Of a stretch of 64,000 bases of DNA, positions 19,927 through 28,453 are shown in pieces. The notes beneath the pieces were generated by a model, which worked only from the letters and a program-made list of their open reading frames with translations, did no database searches and was not told the origin of the DNA. Origin of the DNA: Lentisphaeria bacterium (GTDB lineage Bacteria; Verrucomicrobiota; Lentisphaeria; Victivallales; Victivallaceae); contig JAFTRX010000078.1 of NCBI GenBank assembly GCA_017462015.1, positions 42,740 to 106,739 on the forward strand, given 5' to 3'. Within the stretch, counting starts at the first letter, position 1, and each line of letters starts with the position of its first letter. The translations under genes were made by a program, and so were the position numbers.

Positions 19927-20736
19927 TCAATTCACTTTTTTTGGGGAAAAACCGAAATGATTTTTAAAAGTCCGGGAGAAATAAGCCGGATCGCTGTATC
20001 CGCACCGGGCGGCACATTCCGCTATGTTGAGCGCCCGTTCCCGGAGAAGATAAAACGCCTCCTGCATCCGGATCGAACGCAAATAGGAGTTGAAACTCAT
20101 ACCGCCGGCTTGGTGGAACGCCCGGAGCAAAGTAGCTCTGCTGGTGTGCAAATAAGAGGCAACACTGTTGATATCAATGTGTTCAGACAGATGTGCGATC
20201 ATATAATTGTGGGCAAAATTCACCATTCGTGAATAGTTGTCCGATTCACATGCGGCGGCACTTTTCATATCCGGAAATACGTTCCTCCAGGCGAGCGCCA
20301 GCAAGTGGGCGAGGCGGGCATCAGCGATGATGAGGCTCTCCGGAGAGTTGTACATATCAAGCCGCATCATGTCAAAGAGCAGCAGCAGTTCGCTTTTTTC
20401 TTTGGACGGCAGCGAGTGGAGGCAGTCCGGTTCGGCGGCGGAAAAGAATTTGCGGTCATCCTGCCACTTGAAAGAGAGGTGAAAGACTTCAACACCGCTT
20501 TTTATATCAAAGATGTCTTTATGCCGGACACCGCGGGGGATGAAGAGAGTGTCCTGTTTAGCGGCAGAGTACTCTTTGCCGTTTTCCAGAACCAGCTTCA
20601 TGGAACCGTCGATGATGTGCAGCAGCTCATTGTTTTCGTCGGCGTGGAACTTTTCCGAGTAACGCTGAGCGTAAAAAAGCCGGAGTACTTGAATTACCCG
20701 GGGCATGGCAAGGCGGTTGGGTGTGGTCGAAGGCAT
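19927..20736 (-). CDS. AraC family transcriptional regulator (cupin sensor plus HTH)
   Basis: The C-terminal region (IAECAARCGYSDPAYFSRTFKNHFGFSPKK) is the AraC HTH signature, and the N-terminal region is cupin-like. Start placed at ATG 20736 (MPSTTPN), 7 nt behind GGGAGA. Confidence 0.85.
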   Translation of the reverse strand: MPSTTPNRLAMPRVIQVLRLFYAQRYSEKFHADENNELLHIIDGSMKLVLENGKEYSAAKQDTLFIPRGVRHKDIFDIKSGVEVFHLSFKWQDDRKFFSAAEPDCLHSLPSKEKSELLLLFDMMRLDMYNSPESLIIADARLAHLLALAWRNVFPDMKSAAACESDNYSRMVNFAHNYMIAHLSEHIDINSVASYLHTSRATLLRAFHQAGGMSFNSYLRSIRMQEAFYLLRERALNIAECAARCGYSDPAYFSRTFKNHFGFSPKKVN

Positions 20737-20778
20737 CTTATATTCTCCCAAAAAGTGAAAACTCTGCTGTACGAACTT

Positions 20779-20807
20779 AATATAACGGCACAAATCTCTT
20801 TTGTCAA
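20779..20807 (-). promoter_or_regulatory. Putative sigma-70 promoter of the araC-type gene (TTGACA-17-TATATT)
   Basis: Consensus -35 TTGACA (minus strand, 20807-20802, overlapping the DUF790 stop), a 17-nt spacer, and TATATT (20784-20779). Confidence 0.55.
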
Positions 20808-21991
20808 CACTCTGTCTGCCTCAGCACCCGGAGCGTGTTCTCCACGCCGGGAAATTCGGAAAAGAGCCAGCAGCGCTTGCGGATATCCGGGAAATTGGAA
20901 AGTTTTTCATCCAGTTCAGCTTTGGTCATGATGGCACGGTCGATGCCGAGGATCAACGGAAGTTCCGGATGCTGTTTCAACAACTCCAAACGGGAGTTGA
21001 GTTGTCCCGCATGCCAGCGGTGAAAGAGTTCCAGATGGATGACTTTTCCGCTTTCTTGCGAGGCGAAAGATAGGTCCGGAAAGATAATTTGCTGATTGCC
21101 TGCATCCAGAAACGGAGTGTCGCCGACGATTTGCCAGTCGGCAGATTTTTCGGCAAAGTGGCGGTGATAGAGCCGTATCTCCTCCGGGACAAAAGAAGAA
21201 AAACTCCGTTTTGCCGAGTGCAGTCCCAGTTTCTCATCCAGTTTGAGTTTCAACTCCCGCTCCCGTAAAGTTATCACCGCTTCCAAAGACCACTTTTTCA
21301 GATTGACCAAGACCGGCAGCAGTGCGGCAAGCGAGATGGCATACTTCACCGATGGACCAAAGAGTGCGTAAGGGCCTGAGACGGAAATTTTTATCCCGTT
21401 CTGCTTCAATTTGGAGAACTCTGCCAGCAGCCGGAAGAATTTTACTGCTTTCATCACTTTGCGCAAAGCGGATACATCCGGGTCGGCAAGGCGCAGTTCC
21501 AGATGTGATGCGTAAATGAGCAATGCCTGACACTGGGCGAGGTTGTAAAGTTCCAGAAGCGCCTCCGGCGCGAGGGCTTCAAAGGCAGACACTTGCTCAA
21601 ATGCGGGCAGGTCGCCGTAAATATCCGGGGTTTCAGCTGACGGCGGAGATGAGAGTATCCCCTGTTTGAAAAGTTCTGCTGAACGGGAAAAGAGTTCTTT
21701 GCGGTACGCCGGATAATCCAGTTCTGCCGCCGGAGCGAACTCTGTCCGGTCGAGAAGCAGTTTGTTCAAACCGGAGGCGAGCTTTTCATCCGGGGAGGCG
21801 GAGATCACGCTTCCGGAGAGTTGTTCCAGAGCGCTTCTGGTCATGCCGGAGGTCAATGCTTCATTGTAAACAGCAAGCAGCGAGGAGGCGGTTTCCAAAC
21901 CGGATGGCGCGGCGGTATCGGTAAGTTGAGGTTTTACTCTGCCGGAGGCGATTTTGCAGCAAATGTGTTCTTTTTTCAGCATGAAAATCAT
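20804..21991 (-). CDS. DUF790/Bax1-like protein (putative XPB-associated nuclease)
   Basis: 395-aa ORF whose ATG overlaps the helicase stop (ATGA). Its C-terminal FPDLSF...VIHLELFHRWH...LILGIDR resembles the PDF...E.vGFW nuclease-like end of DUF790 as I remember it. The family call is from memory plus synteny. Confidence 0.55.
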   Translation of the reverse strand: MIFMLKKEHICCKIASGRVKPQLTDTAAPSGLETASSLLAVYNEALTSGMTRSALEQLSGSVISASPDEKLASGLNKLLLDRTEFAPAAELDYPAYRKELFSRSAELFKQGILSSPPSAETPDIYGDLPAFEQVSAFEALAPEALLELYNLAQCQALLIYASHLELRLADPDVSALRKVMKAVKFFRLLAEFSKLKQNGIKISVSGPYALFGPSVKYAISLAALLPVLVNLKKWSLEAVITLRERELKLKLDEKLGLHSAKRSFSSFVPEEIRLYHRHFAEKSADWQIVGDTPFLDAGNQQIIFPDLSFASQESGKVIHLELFHRWHAGQLNSRLELLKQHPELPLILGIDRAIMTKAELDEKLSNFPDIRKRCWLFSEFPGVENTLRVLRQTEC

Positions 21992-23379
21992 CTCCTTTTG
22001 CGGTAGGCGCGGTGTTCCCGGCGCCGTCCGGAGGTGTACTCTTCGGAGGTTCCGGCGCTGACCAGTTCATAGAGCATCGCCTGACTTTTCCCCGGTGACG
22101 GCCGGAGGATGCGTCCGAGGCGCTGGACATGTTCCCGGACACTGCCGGAACCGGAAAAGACTACGCCTACTGCCGCCGAGGGGATGTCAACGCCTTCATT
22201 GAGAACTTTACTGGTGACCAGCACCGGGTAATCCCCGGTACGGAAGGCATCCAGAAAGGCTTTGCGTTCGGCACTTTTGGTGTGATGGGTCAGTACCGGA
22301 AAGATGAAGCGCCGTCCGATCTCATAGGCGGTATCGTTGTCCGCAGTAAAAATGATTATCCGTTCGCCGGGATGGGTGAGCAGGATTTTTTCCAGCACTT
22401 CCAGTTTTGCCCGTCCCGCCCGGGCGATCTTGCGCTGTTCCAGAAAGGCGGCAAACGCCTCTTTTCCTCCGGCAAAGCGGCTGCAGGCGATAAGAAAATC
22501 CCGCCAGCCGTACCGGCTGGCAAAACTTATTCCGTACCGGCGGAGAAAACCGGTGTAAACGGCACGCTGTTCCCGGTAGAGCCGTTCTTCATCGCTGTTG
22601 AGCTGAACGAACATCCGCTTTACCTGATAATTTGACAGTACCTTGCCTTCAAGTTCGTCGATGCCGATGGAGTAGACTGTTTCCCCCAGCAGTTCGTGCA
22701 GAGTTGCGGTGCGCTCTTCGTCCATTTCCGGAGTCGCGGACAAGCCCAGCCGGAAGGGAGCTATCGCCATCGCCGCGCCAAGCTGGTATTCTGCGCCGGG
22801 GAGGTGGTGACACTCATCGGCAACGAGCAGTCCGAAGCGGTTGCCGATAAATTCGATGTTGAGTACGGCGGAATCGTAGGTGCTGACGGTCAGGTTTTGC
22901 ACATCGTGACTGCCGCCGCCCAGCATACCGATCGGGGCGCCGAAGAAGCGTTCCAGTACCGTTGCCCATTGGGTAAGCAGATCTATTGTCGGCACCAGAA
23001 CCAGAGCCGGACGGCGCAAACTGGCAATCGCAAGGACAGCGAGGATGGTTTTTCCGGCGCCGGTGGGAAGGGAGACGACACCGCGCCCGGAGTTGGCGAG
23101 CCACTTTTCCAGAGCGTGCTGCTGATGGGGATGGGGGGTGATTTTCTCTTTGAGTGCGAGATTTTTCAGATTAGAGTAAGCTCTGGCACAATCGGTAAAA
23201 GGGAAATCCTTCCGTTTCAATGTCAGGACGATTTTGGCATAATCGCACGCCCGCGCCCGGAAATTTCCGGTGCGGGGATCATGTTTGAACACTCCGGCAA
23301 GTTCAAAAGGGAAATCACCGGCATCCGCCAGTTCCAGCAGAAGTGTTCCGGCATCGAAACGGAGGATGTTACCGGACAT
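21988..23379 (-). CDS. XPB/ERCC3/Rad25-like superfamily 2 DNA helicase
   Basis: LPTGAGKT (Walker A), DECHH (motif II), SAT (motif III) and QRLGRILR (motif VI). An extra ~70-aa N-terminal domain and a total size of 463 aa fit short archaeal/bacterial XPB. Confidence 0.8.
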   Translation of the reverse strand: MSGNILRFDAGTLLLELADAGDFPFELAGVFKHDPRTGNFRARACDYAKIVLTLKRKDFPFTDCARAYSNLKNLALKEKITPHPHQQHALEKWLANSGRGVVSLPTGAGKTILAVLAIASLRRPALVLVPTIDLLTQWATVLERFFGAPIGMLGGGSHDVQNLTVSTYDSAVLNIEFIGNRFGLLVADECHHLPGAEYQLGAAMAIAPFRLGLSATPEMDEERTATLHELLGETVYSIGIDELEGKVLSNYQVKRMFVQLNSDEERLYREQRAVYTGFLRRYGISFASRYGWRDFLIACSRFAGGKEAFAAFLEQRKIARAGRAKLEVLEKILLTHPGERIIIFTADNDTAYEIGRRFIFPVLTHHTKSAERKAFLDAFRTGDYPVLVTSKVLNEGVDIPSAAVGVVFSGSGSVREHVQRLGRILRPSPGKSQAMLYELVSAGTSEEYTSGRRREHRAYRKRR

Positions 23380-23620
23380 AACGTTTCGGTTTGTGGGTGG
23401 CGCCGACCAGCAGTCCGGTTATTGCGCCGCAGATGGAAAAGCCGATGGCACTGCCGATGGGCGCGAAAAAGATGCCGAATAGAAAAAAGGCAATGCAGGT
23501 GAACGCCGCGACCATAGCGCCGCGTTTCCAGTTGAAACGTTGGGGAATGGATTCATTGATCTCTTTTTCAGCTTCCAGAAGTCTGAGTTTCAGTTCTGCG
23601 GGTATTTTCTCTTCATCCAT
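23369..23620 (-). CDS. Small membrane protein: amphipathic N-terminus plus a Gly-zipper hydrophobic hairpin
   Basis: 83 codons: MDEEKIPAELKLRLLEAEKEINESIPQRFNWKRGAMVAAFTCIAFFLFGIFFAPIGSAIGFSICGAITGLLVGATHKPKRYVR. AAGGAG lies 7-8 nt upstream. The ORF overlaps the RluA-type stop by 8 nt and the helicase start by 11 nt. Confidence 0.55.
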   Translation of the reverse strand: MDEEKIPAELKLRLLEAEKEINESIPQRFNWKRGAMVAAFTCIAFFLFGIFFAPIGSAIGFSICGAITGLLVGATHKPKRYVR

Positions 23621-24581
23621 GATAATTTTCTCCTTGAGGAATGTGATGTTCAACAAAATCTGCAAGTTCCGGCGGCAGCGGATCGGTGAAGTTGAGAATT
23701 TCGCCGCTTGCGGGGTGGCGAAGCGACAGCGCCGTACTGTGAAGCGCCTGACGCGGAAGCATAAGTTTTTCCAGGTCTGCCGGAGTGAAATCTTCTGTTT
23801 TCTGCTTGAGAAAGAGCAGTTCGTCCACGCCGTAAAGTTTGTCTCCGGCGACCGGATATCCCAGCGAACAGCACGTTGCCCGGATCTGGTGGGTCCTTCC
23901 GGTGCCGAGAACGGCTCTGACCAGAGAAAAGTTTTCGCCCGATTTTTCAGGTGAAAGATAAGTGACAGAAGTTTCGCCGGGTAGATTTTTCGGATTTTCT
24001 CTGATAAACTGCCGCTTTTTGCGGATGACGCTGTTGGCACTTACCAGAAAGCCGGAAGCATTGATCTTTTCAGCAAAATTACCGTGGACGATCACCTGAT
24101 AAGTTTTGTCAAAAACCGCATCGGTCTCAGCTATCTTTGCCGCAGCTTCCGGATTTTTTGCGGCAACGAGAAGCCCGCTGGTCTCCCGGTCGAGCCGGTT
24201 GATGAAGTGGATGTTGGCGTACTTCTGCCGGAGCTGATACCACAAGGTATTCTGATAAAAGGGACCCGACGGATGGACGCACAGATTGCCCGGCTTGCTG
24301 ATAACCAGAAGTGTCTCATCTTCAAAGACGGTACGGTAATTGAGCTGTGCCGGAGGTTCGGGGATGTCCTGCGGATGGTATTCGATACAATCGTGCATCT
24401 GCAAAATATATTCCGGAGAAACCGGCTTGCCGTTGAGGGTGATTTCACCTGATTTTATCCGTTCGCTCCACTCTTCAAGCGTGCGGTAGGTGAAACGTCC
24501 GGCGAGGAATTGCACTAAAACCATGCCGGTATTGCTCCAATCGACCGAGGTGCGGATGATACGTTTGCCGGGAGCTGCCAT
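23613..24581 (-). CDS. RluA family pseudouridine synthase
   Basis: Motifs NRLDRETSGLLV and GRTHQIRA, with an S4-like N-terminal region. Confidence 0.85.
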   Translation of the reverse strand: MAAPGKRIIRTSVDWSNTGMVLVQFLAGRFTYRTLEEWSERIKSGEITLNGKPVSPEYILQMHDCIEYHPQDIPEPPAQLNYRTVFEDETLLVISKPGNLCVHPSGPFYQNTLWYQLRQKYANIHFINRLDRETSGLLVAAKNPEAAAKIAETDAVFDKTYQVIVHGNFAEKINASGFLVSANSVIRKKRQFIRENPKNLPGETSVTYLSPEKSGENFSLVRAVLGTGRTHQIRATCCSLGYPVAGDKLYGVDELLFLKQKTEDFTPADLEKLMLPRQALHSTALSLRHPASGEILNFTDPLPPELADFVEHHIPQGENYHG

Positions 24582-24584
24582 AAC

Positions 24585-25184
24585 TTAAAAGACATCTCCG
24601 ATGGCGGCAAGTTCATTTTCCACAAAGTCCACCGCATTGGCAAAAGCGCGGGCGCGGTGACTGATCTGGTTTTTGACCTCCTGCGGCAACTCTCCGAAGG
24701 TCTGGTCGTAACCGTCCGGCTGGAAGACCGGATCGTAACCGAAGCCGCCTTCTCCGCGCGGAGCGAGGGTGATGTTTCCTTCGACCGTGCCTTCAAACGT
24801 TTCCAGAACTTCACCGTTGAAGGCGATGGAAATGGCACAAACGAACCGGGCGCGGCGGTTTCCGCAGCCATCCAGTTCAGAAAGCAGTTTGGCAATGCGT
24901 TCCGGATCGGTCGTCGCGTAGCGGGAAGAGTAGATGCCGGGACGTTTGTCCAGAGCATCGACTTCCAGTCCGGAGTCATCGGCAAAAGCGGGCGCTCCGG
25001 TGAATTTACTGGCGGCAAGCGCTTTGATTTCAGCATTTTCTTTGAATGTTGAACCGTTTTCTTCAATTTCCGGCATATCCGGGAAATCGGCAAGCGATTT
25101 TATTTCAACATCAATATCCCCCAGCAGTTTTTTGTACTCTTCAACCTTATGGGCATTCGCAGTGGCGGCGACGATAAACGACAT
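24585..25184 (-). CDS. rdgB: Non-canonical purine NTP pyrophosphatase (dITP/XTP), RdgB/HAM1 family
   Basis: IVAATANAHKVEEY, FADDSGLEVDAL, RARFVCAI, GFGYDPVF and SHRARA are all typical of RdgB. Confidence 0.9.
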   Translation of the reverse strand: MSFIVAATANAHKVEEYKKLLGDIDVEIKSLADFPDMPEIEENGSTFKENAEIKALAASKFTGAPAFADDSGLEVDALDKRPGIYSSRYATTDPERIAKLLSELDGCGNRRARFVCAISIAFNGEVLETFEGTVEGNITLAPRGEGGFGYDPVFQPDGYDQTFGELPQEVKNQISHRARAFANAVDFVENELAAIGDVF

Positions 25185-25222
25185 GATTTTTTACCTTTCG
25201 TTAAAATTTTTATCGGAAAATT

Positions 25223-25250
25223 TTGCATAATTTTCCGGCGGGTATATATT
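25223..25250 (+). promoter_or_regulatory. Putative promoter of tilS (TTGCAT-16-TATATT)
   Basis: TTGCAT at 25223-25228, a 16-nt spacer, and TATATT at 25245-25250. Confidence 0.4.
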
Positions 25251-25276
25251 ATAGAGCATGAAAGGTGAAATTGCAA
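25248..25276 (-). promoter_or_regulatory. Putative promoter of the rdgB..DUF790 operon (TTGCAA-17-TATAAT)
   Basis: On the minus strand the sequence reads TTGCAA tttcacctttcatgctc TATAAT. Its -10 overlaps the -10 of the divergent tilS promoter. Confidence 0.45.
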
Positions 25277-26590
25277 ATGGAAGATGAGAAAAAAACATTT
25301 CTGGTCGGGTTTTCCGGCGGTGCTGACAGTACTGCCGCACTTTTGCTGCTCCATGAACACATGGAGCAGGGCAACCGTCTGGTCGCTGTCCATTTCAATC
25401 ACCATTTGCGCGGCGCTGAATCGGATGCCGAAGCGGAAAACGCTTCCCGCTTTGCCGCTGAACGCAAGATAGAATTCCGTTTGATCGACCTCGATATCGC
25501 CCCGGGGGGCAATCTTGAAGCACGGGCGCGGCAGGCGCGGCTGGATGCGTGGAAAAAGTTGGTTGCAGAATATGAAAATGCGGTCGTGGTCACCGGACAC
25601 CATAAAGACGACTGCATTGAAAATATGTTTCTCCGTATCGGTCGGGGGAGCAACGTTTCCGGATTGACCGGATTGCAGATTACTTCCGAAGTCGAAGGGG
25701 TGAAGTTTTTCCGTCCGCTGATAATTTACAGCCGGAGTGAGATCGAAGCATTCCTTCTGAAACGCGGAGTGAAACAGTGGGCGGTCGACTCCAGCAACCT
25801 TGAGTGCGATTACACCCGTAATGTGTTGCGCAATAAGATTTTGCCGGAATTGTATGAGCTTTTTCCCGGCGGCAGAAAGGCTTTCGGTAAAACTCTGGAT
25901 AATTTGTGCGATGATGCCGCCTTTATCGAGCAGGAGGCGTATTCCCGTTATAAAAACAGTGAAGACCGGCATACCATCGCTTTCTGGGCAGATCAGCCGC
26001 GGGCGCTGCAGGTCAGGATGCTCAAACATTTGAGCAAAGAATTTTTCAATGATGAACGTCCTCTGACTTCCGGAGCAGTCGAAAGTTTTGAAGCGATGGT
26101 CGAATCCCGTTCTTCCGGCATTTGTGAACTGGATGAAAAGCGCAAACTTTACTTCGCCGATGGTAAAATCCATCCCTTTGAACCGATAGCAAAGTTTGAT
26201 TTGTCATGGGATTTCCGCCGACAGCCGGAGCTGGTTCTTCCGGGAAAGTGGACGTTTCGTTGCGAAATGGTCAAAGCTCTGCCGGAGACGTGTGGAGCGT
26301 GGGAAGCTTTTTTTGACATGGATGCATTGCCGGAAACATTGACCGTAACACCGGCATCCCCCGGGGAGAAAATGGTTCCTTTCGGCAGGGCAAATCCGGT
26401 GTCGTTGAAAAAATTACGGGTCGATGCCAAAGTTCCGGCACACCTTGCACCTCCGGTGTTAAAGGGGGAAAATCAAATCATCTGGTTCCCCGGTGTGAGG
26501 CGGTCAAATCTGGCTCCGGTGGGGGGAAAAAGCCGGATTATCAGATTTTTTATAGAAAAAAACGTTTTTTTGCCCGGGAAAAACTTGTAA
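25277..26590 (+). CDS. tilS: tRNA(Ile)-lysidine synthetase TilS
   Basis: PP-loop FLVGFSGGADSTALL followed by TGHHKDD. ATG 25277 lies behind AAGGTGA and is preferred over the track GTG at 25265, which would leave almost no leader. Confidence 0.85.
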   Translation: MEDEKKTFLVGFSGGADSTAALLLLHEHMEQGNRLVAVHFNHHLRGAESDAEAENASRFAAERKIEFRLIDLDIAPGGNLEARARQARLDAWKKLVAEYENAVVVTGHHKDDCIENMFLRIGRGSNVSGLTGLQITSEVEGVKFFRPLIIYSRSEIEAFLLKRGVKQWAVDSSNLECDYTRNVLRNKILPELYELFPGGRKAFGKTLDNLCDDAAFIEQEAYSRYKNSEDRHTIAFWADQPRALQVRMLKHLSKEFFNDERPLTSGAVESFEAMVESRSSGICELDEKRKLYFADGKIHPFEPIAKFDLSWDFRRQPELVLPGKWTFRCEMVKALPETCGAWEAFFDMDALPETLTVTPASPGEKMVPFGRANPVSLKKLRVDAKVPAHLAPPVLKGENQIIWFPGVRRSNLAPVGGKSRIIRFFIEKNVFLPGKNL

Positions 26591-26612
26591 ATTTTGCCAA
26601 CGGGTGTATAGT
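26585..26612 (+). promoter_or_regulatory. Putative promoter (TTGTAA-16-TATAGT) of the nagB-like/PIG-L pair
   Basis: Hexamers with a 16-nt spacer lie 45 nt upstream of ATG 26657, which has an AGGAGG SD. Confidence 0.35.
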
Positions 26613-26656
26613 TTTATGAAGTCAACGCCACAATAAACTTTAACAGGAGGATAAAA

Positions 26657-27586
26657 ATGCGTGCGTTTTCCAAAATTTCTGCTGATTGGTGGGATTACAC
26701 AACTCTGGATCGTGAGATCCTCGATGCTGCCGCCAGAATCACTATCGACAACCTGAAGAGCTTTGAACGTCCCGGGTTCAAGATCAATCTCTATGATACC
26801 TATCAGGAGTTCTATTGTGCTGAAGCTCTCGAATACATCCGCTGCTGGCAGAAGGCCACCGCTGACAATCCCTGCGGTATCTGCGGTCCCATCGGTCCCA
26901 CGGAACAGCTTCCGCTGGTTGCCCAGATGGTCAACGAAATGGGTCTGAGCTTGAAGAATGCCCACTTCTGGGGCATGGACGAATGGGCTCTGGACGGAGA
27001 CGTCCCCGCTGGAATGGACTTCCCCCTCGGCTTTGCCAAAGCTGACTGGGATCTCTGCTTCTCCCGCATCCGTCCGGAACTGCGCATGCCTGCTGAAAAC
27101 ATGCACTTCCCCAACGGCGACATCGCCGCTTATGAAAAATCCTACGATGAAGCCAACTGCCTCATCATGCAGGGCGGTCAGGGCGAAACCAAGCACTGGG
27201 CGTTCAACGACCCCGTCCGCCGCGACGGAAAGTACAAAGATAATCCCCCGACCCCCGCTGAATACCGTCAGCTCGGTACCCGTCTGGTCAATCTGCACCC
27301 CATCACCCTGATCCAGAACGCCCGTACCTCCGGCGGCGGTACTGTCCAGAACGTGCCTTCCCGCGCCTTCACCGTCGGTCCCGTCCAGACCTGGAAGTCC
27401 AAACAGGTCTCCATCTGGCATCCCGGCCACCACGACAACCCCTTCGGTATGCGTCTGACCACTTTCATGATCTCCCAGAAGATCGCTGACAGCTGCGTGC
27501 CGATGAGCTTGCTGAGCGAACACGATGATGTTGTCTTCAACTTCTATCGTCCCGGATTTGGCGTTTGCGACGTGGAGATGCATTGA
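26657..27586 (+). CDS. Glucosamine-6-phosphate deaminase/isomerase-like (NagB superfamily) protein
   Basis: By eye it aligns with E. coli NagB blocks. GPIGPT matches GLPTGGTP, FWGMDEW matches [24 protein letters not shown] matches MGGVGNDGHIAFNEP, and AFTVGPV matches ALTVGVG. Confidence 0.65.
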   Translation: MRAFSKISADWWDYTTLDREILDAAARITIDNLKSFERPGFKINLYDTYQEFYCAEALEYIRCWQKATADNPCGICGPIGPTEQLPLVAQMVNEMGLSLKNAHFWGMDEWALDGDVPAGMDFPLGFAKADWDLCFSRIRPELRMPAENMHFPNGDIAAYEKSYDEANCLIMQGGQGETKHWAFNDPVRRDGKYKDNPPTPAEYRQLGTRLVNLHPITLIQNARTSGGGTVQNVPSRAFTVGPVQTWKSKQVSIWHPGHHDNPFGMRLTTFMISQKIADSCVPMSLLSEHDDVVFNFYRPGFGVCDVEMH

Positions 27587-27588
27587 TC

Positions 27589-28350
27589 ATGGCTAAACGG
27601 GCATTTGCAATTGCATCCCATCCGGATGATATCGAGTTCATGATGGCGGGTACTCTTATCCGCCTCAAAGAACTCGGTTATGAGATCCACTACATGAATA
27701 TTGCCGACGGCGCGCTCGGCGGCACTATGCTCAACCACCGGGAACTGGCTGCCCGCCGCCGCGAAGAGGCGATGGAAGCTGCCAAGATCATCGGTGCGGT
27801 GTTTCACGAATCCATCACCCACGACCTCGAAGTGTTTTACAACACTGAACAGCTGACCAAAGTCGTGCGTGAAGTTCGTGCTGTTGATCCGGAAATTGTG
27901 TTGACCCACGGTCCCTTTGACTACATGGAAGACCATATCAACGCCGGACGTCTGGCGGTTTCCGCCGCGTTCTGCCGCGGCATGGGCAACTTCCGCGGAG
28001 CAGAGGATATTCCGCCGGTGATGACGGATGTTGCGGTCTATCACAGTCTGCCGCTGTCATTGAAGGATCAGCTCAACCGCCCGGTCACTCCGGATATTTT
28101 CGTTGATGTCACCTCCACCATCCCGACCAAGCGTGCGATGCTCAACTGTCACCAGACCCAGAAACAGTGGCTGGATGAAAGTCAGGGCATGGATGCCTAT
28201 CTCGAAGATATGGTCTCCCGCGCCAAGGCGATGGGTGATCTTTGCGGCTTCTGCGATTATGCGGAAGGCTGGATCCGGCACAACCCCAACGGCTTCTGTC
28301 CGGATAATTTCGATCCGCTCGGCGTTATTGCACGTCCGGCAGTGAAATAA
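27589..28350 (+). CDS. PIG-L/LmbE family N-acetylglucosaminyl deacetylase
   Basis: AIASHPDDIEFMMAGT (the HPDD motif) and an HxxH-type region (DYMEDHINAG). The ATG lies 2 nt after the upstream stop. Confidence 0.8.
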   Translation: MAKRAFAIASHPDDIEFMMAGTLIRLKELGYEIHYMNIADGALGGTMLNHRELAARRREEAMEAAKIIGAVFHESITHDLEVFYNTEQLTKVVREVRAVDPEIVLTHGPFDYMEDHINAGRLAVSAAFCRGMGNFRGAEDIPPVMTDVAVYHSLPLSLKDQLNRPVTPDIFVDVTSTIPTKRAMLNCHQTQKQWLDESQGMDAYLEDMVSRAKAMGDLCGFCDYAEGWIRHNPNGFCPDNFDPLGVIARPAVK

Positions 28351-28453
28351 AAGCTGGTATGGAATCGGGGGGAAGGGAAAGTTTTTTCCATTCTCCCCGT
28401 ACCGTTTTTTTGAAAAAAACCGGGACTTATACTTCGGATTTTTCCGCAAAATC

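Noticed and set aside
23621-24040. Upstream two-thirds of the 223-aa minus-strand ORF 23369..24040.
   Set aside because: It overlaps the RluA-family gene in another frame and has a nonsense-like composition. Only the last 83 codons, which have their own SD and ATG, are plausible.
25100-27583. Minus-strand ORFs of 357 aa (25100..26173) and 359 aa (26504..27583).
   Set aside because: They are antisense shadows of tilS and the nagB-like gene. The plus-strand products carry clear family motifs and these do not.
28366-28411. Possible terminator after the PIG-L gene: two 5-bp helices separated by an internal loop, then T7 six nt later.
   Set aside because: The stem is interrupted and the T tract is displaced. 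It is plausible but too weak to list as a feature.
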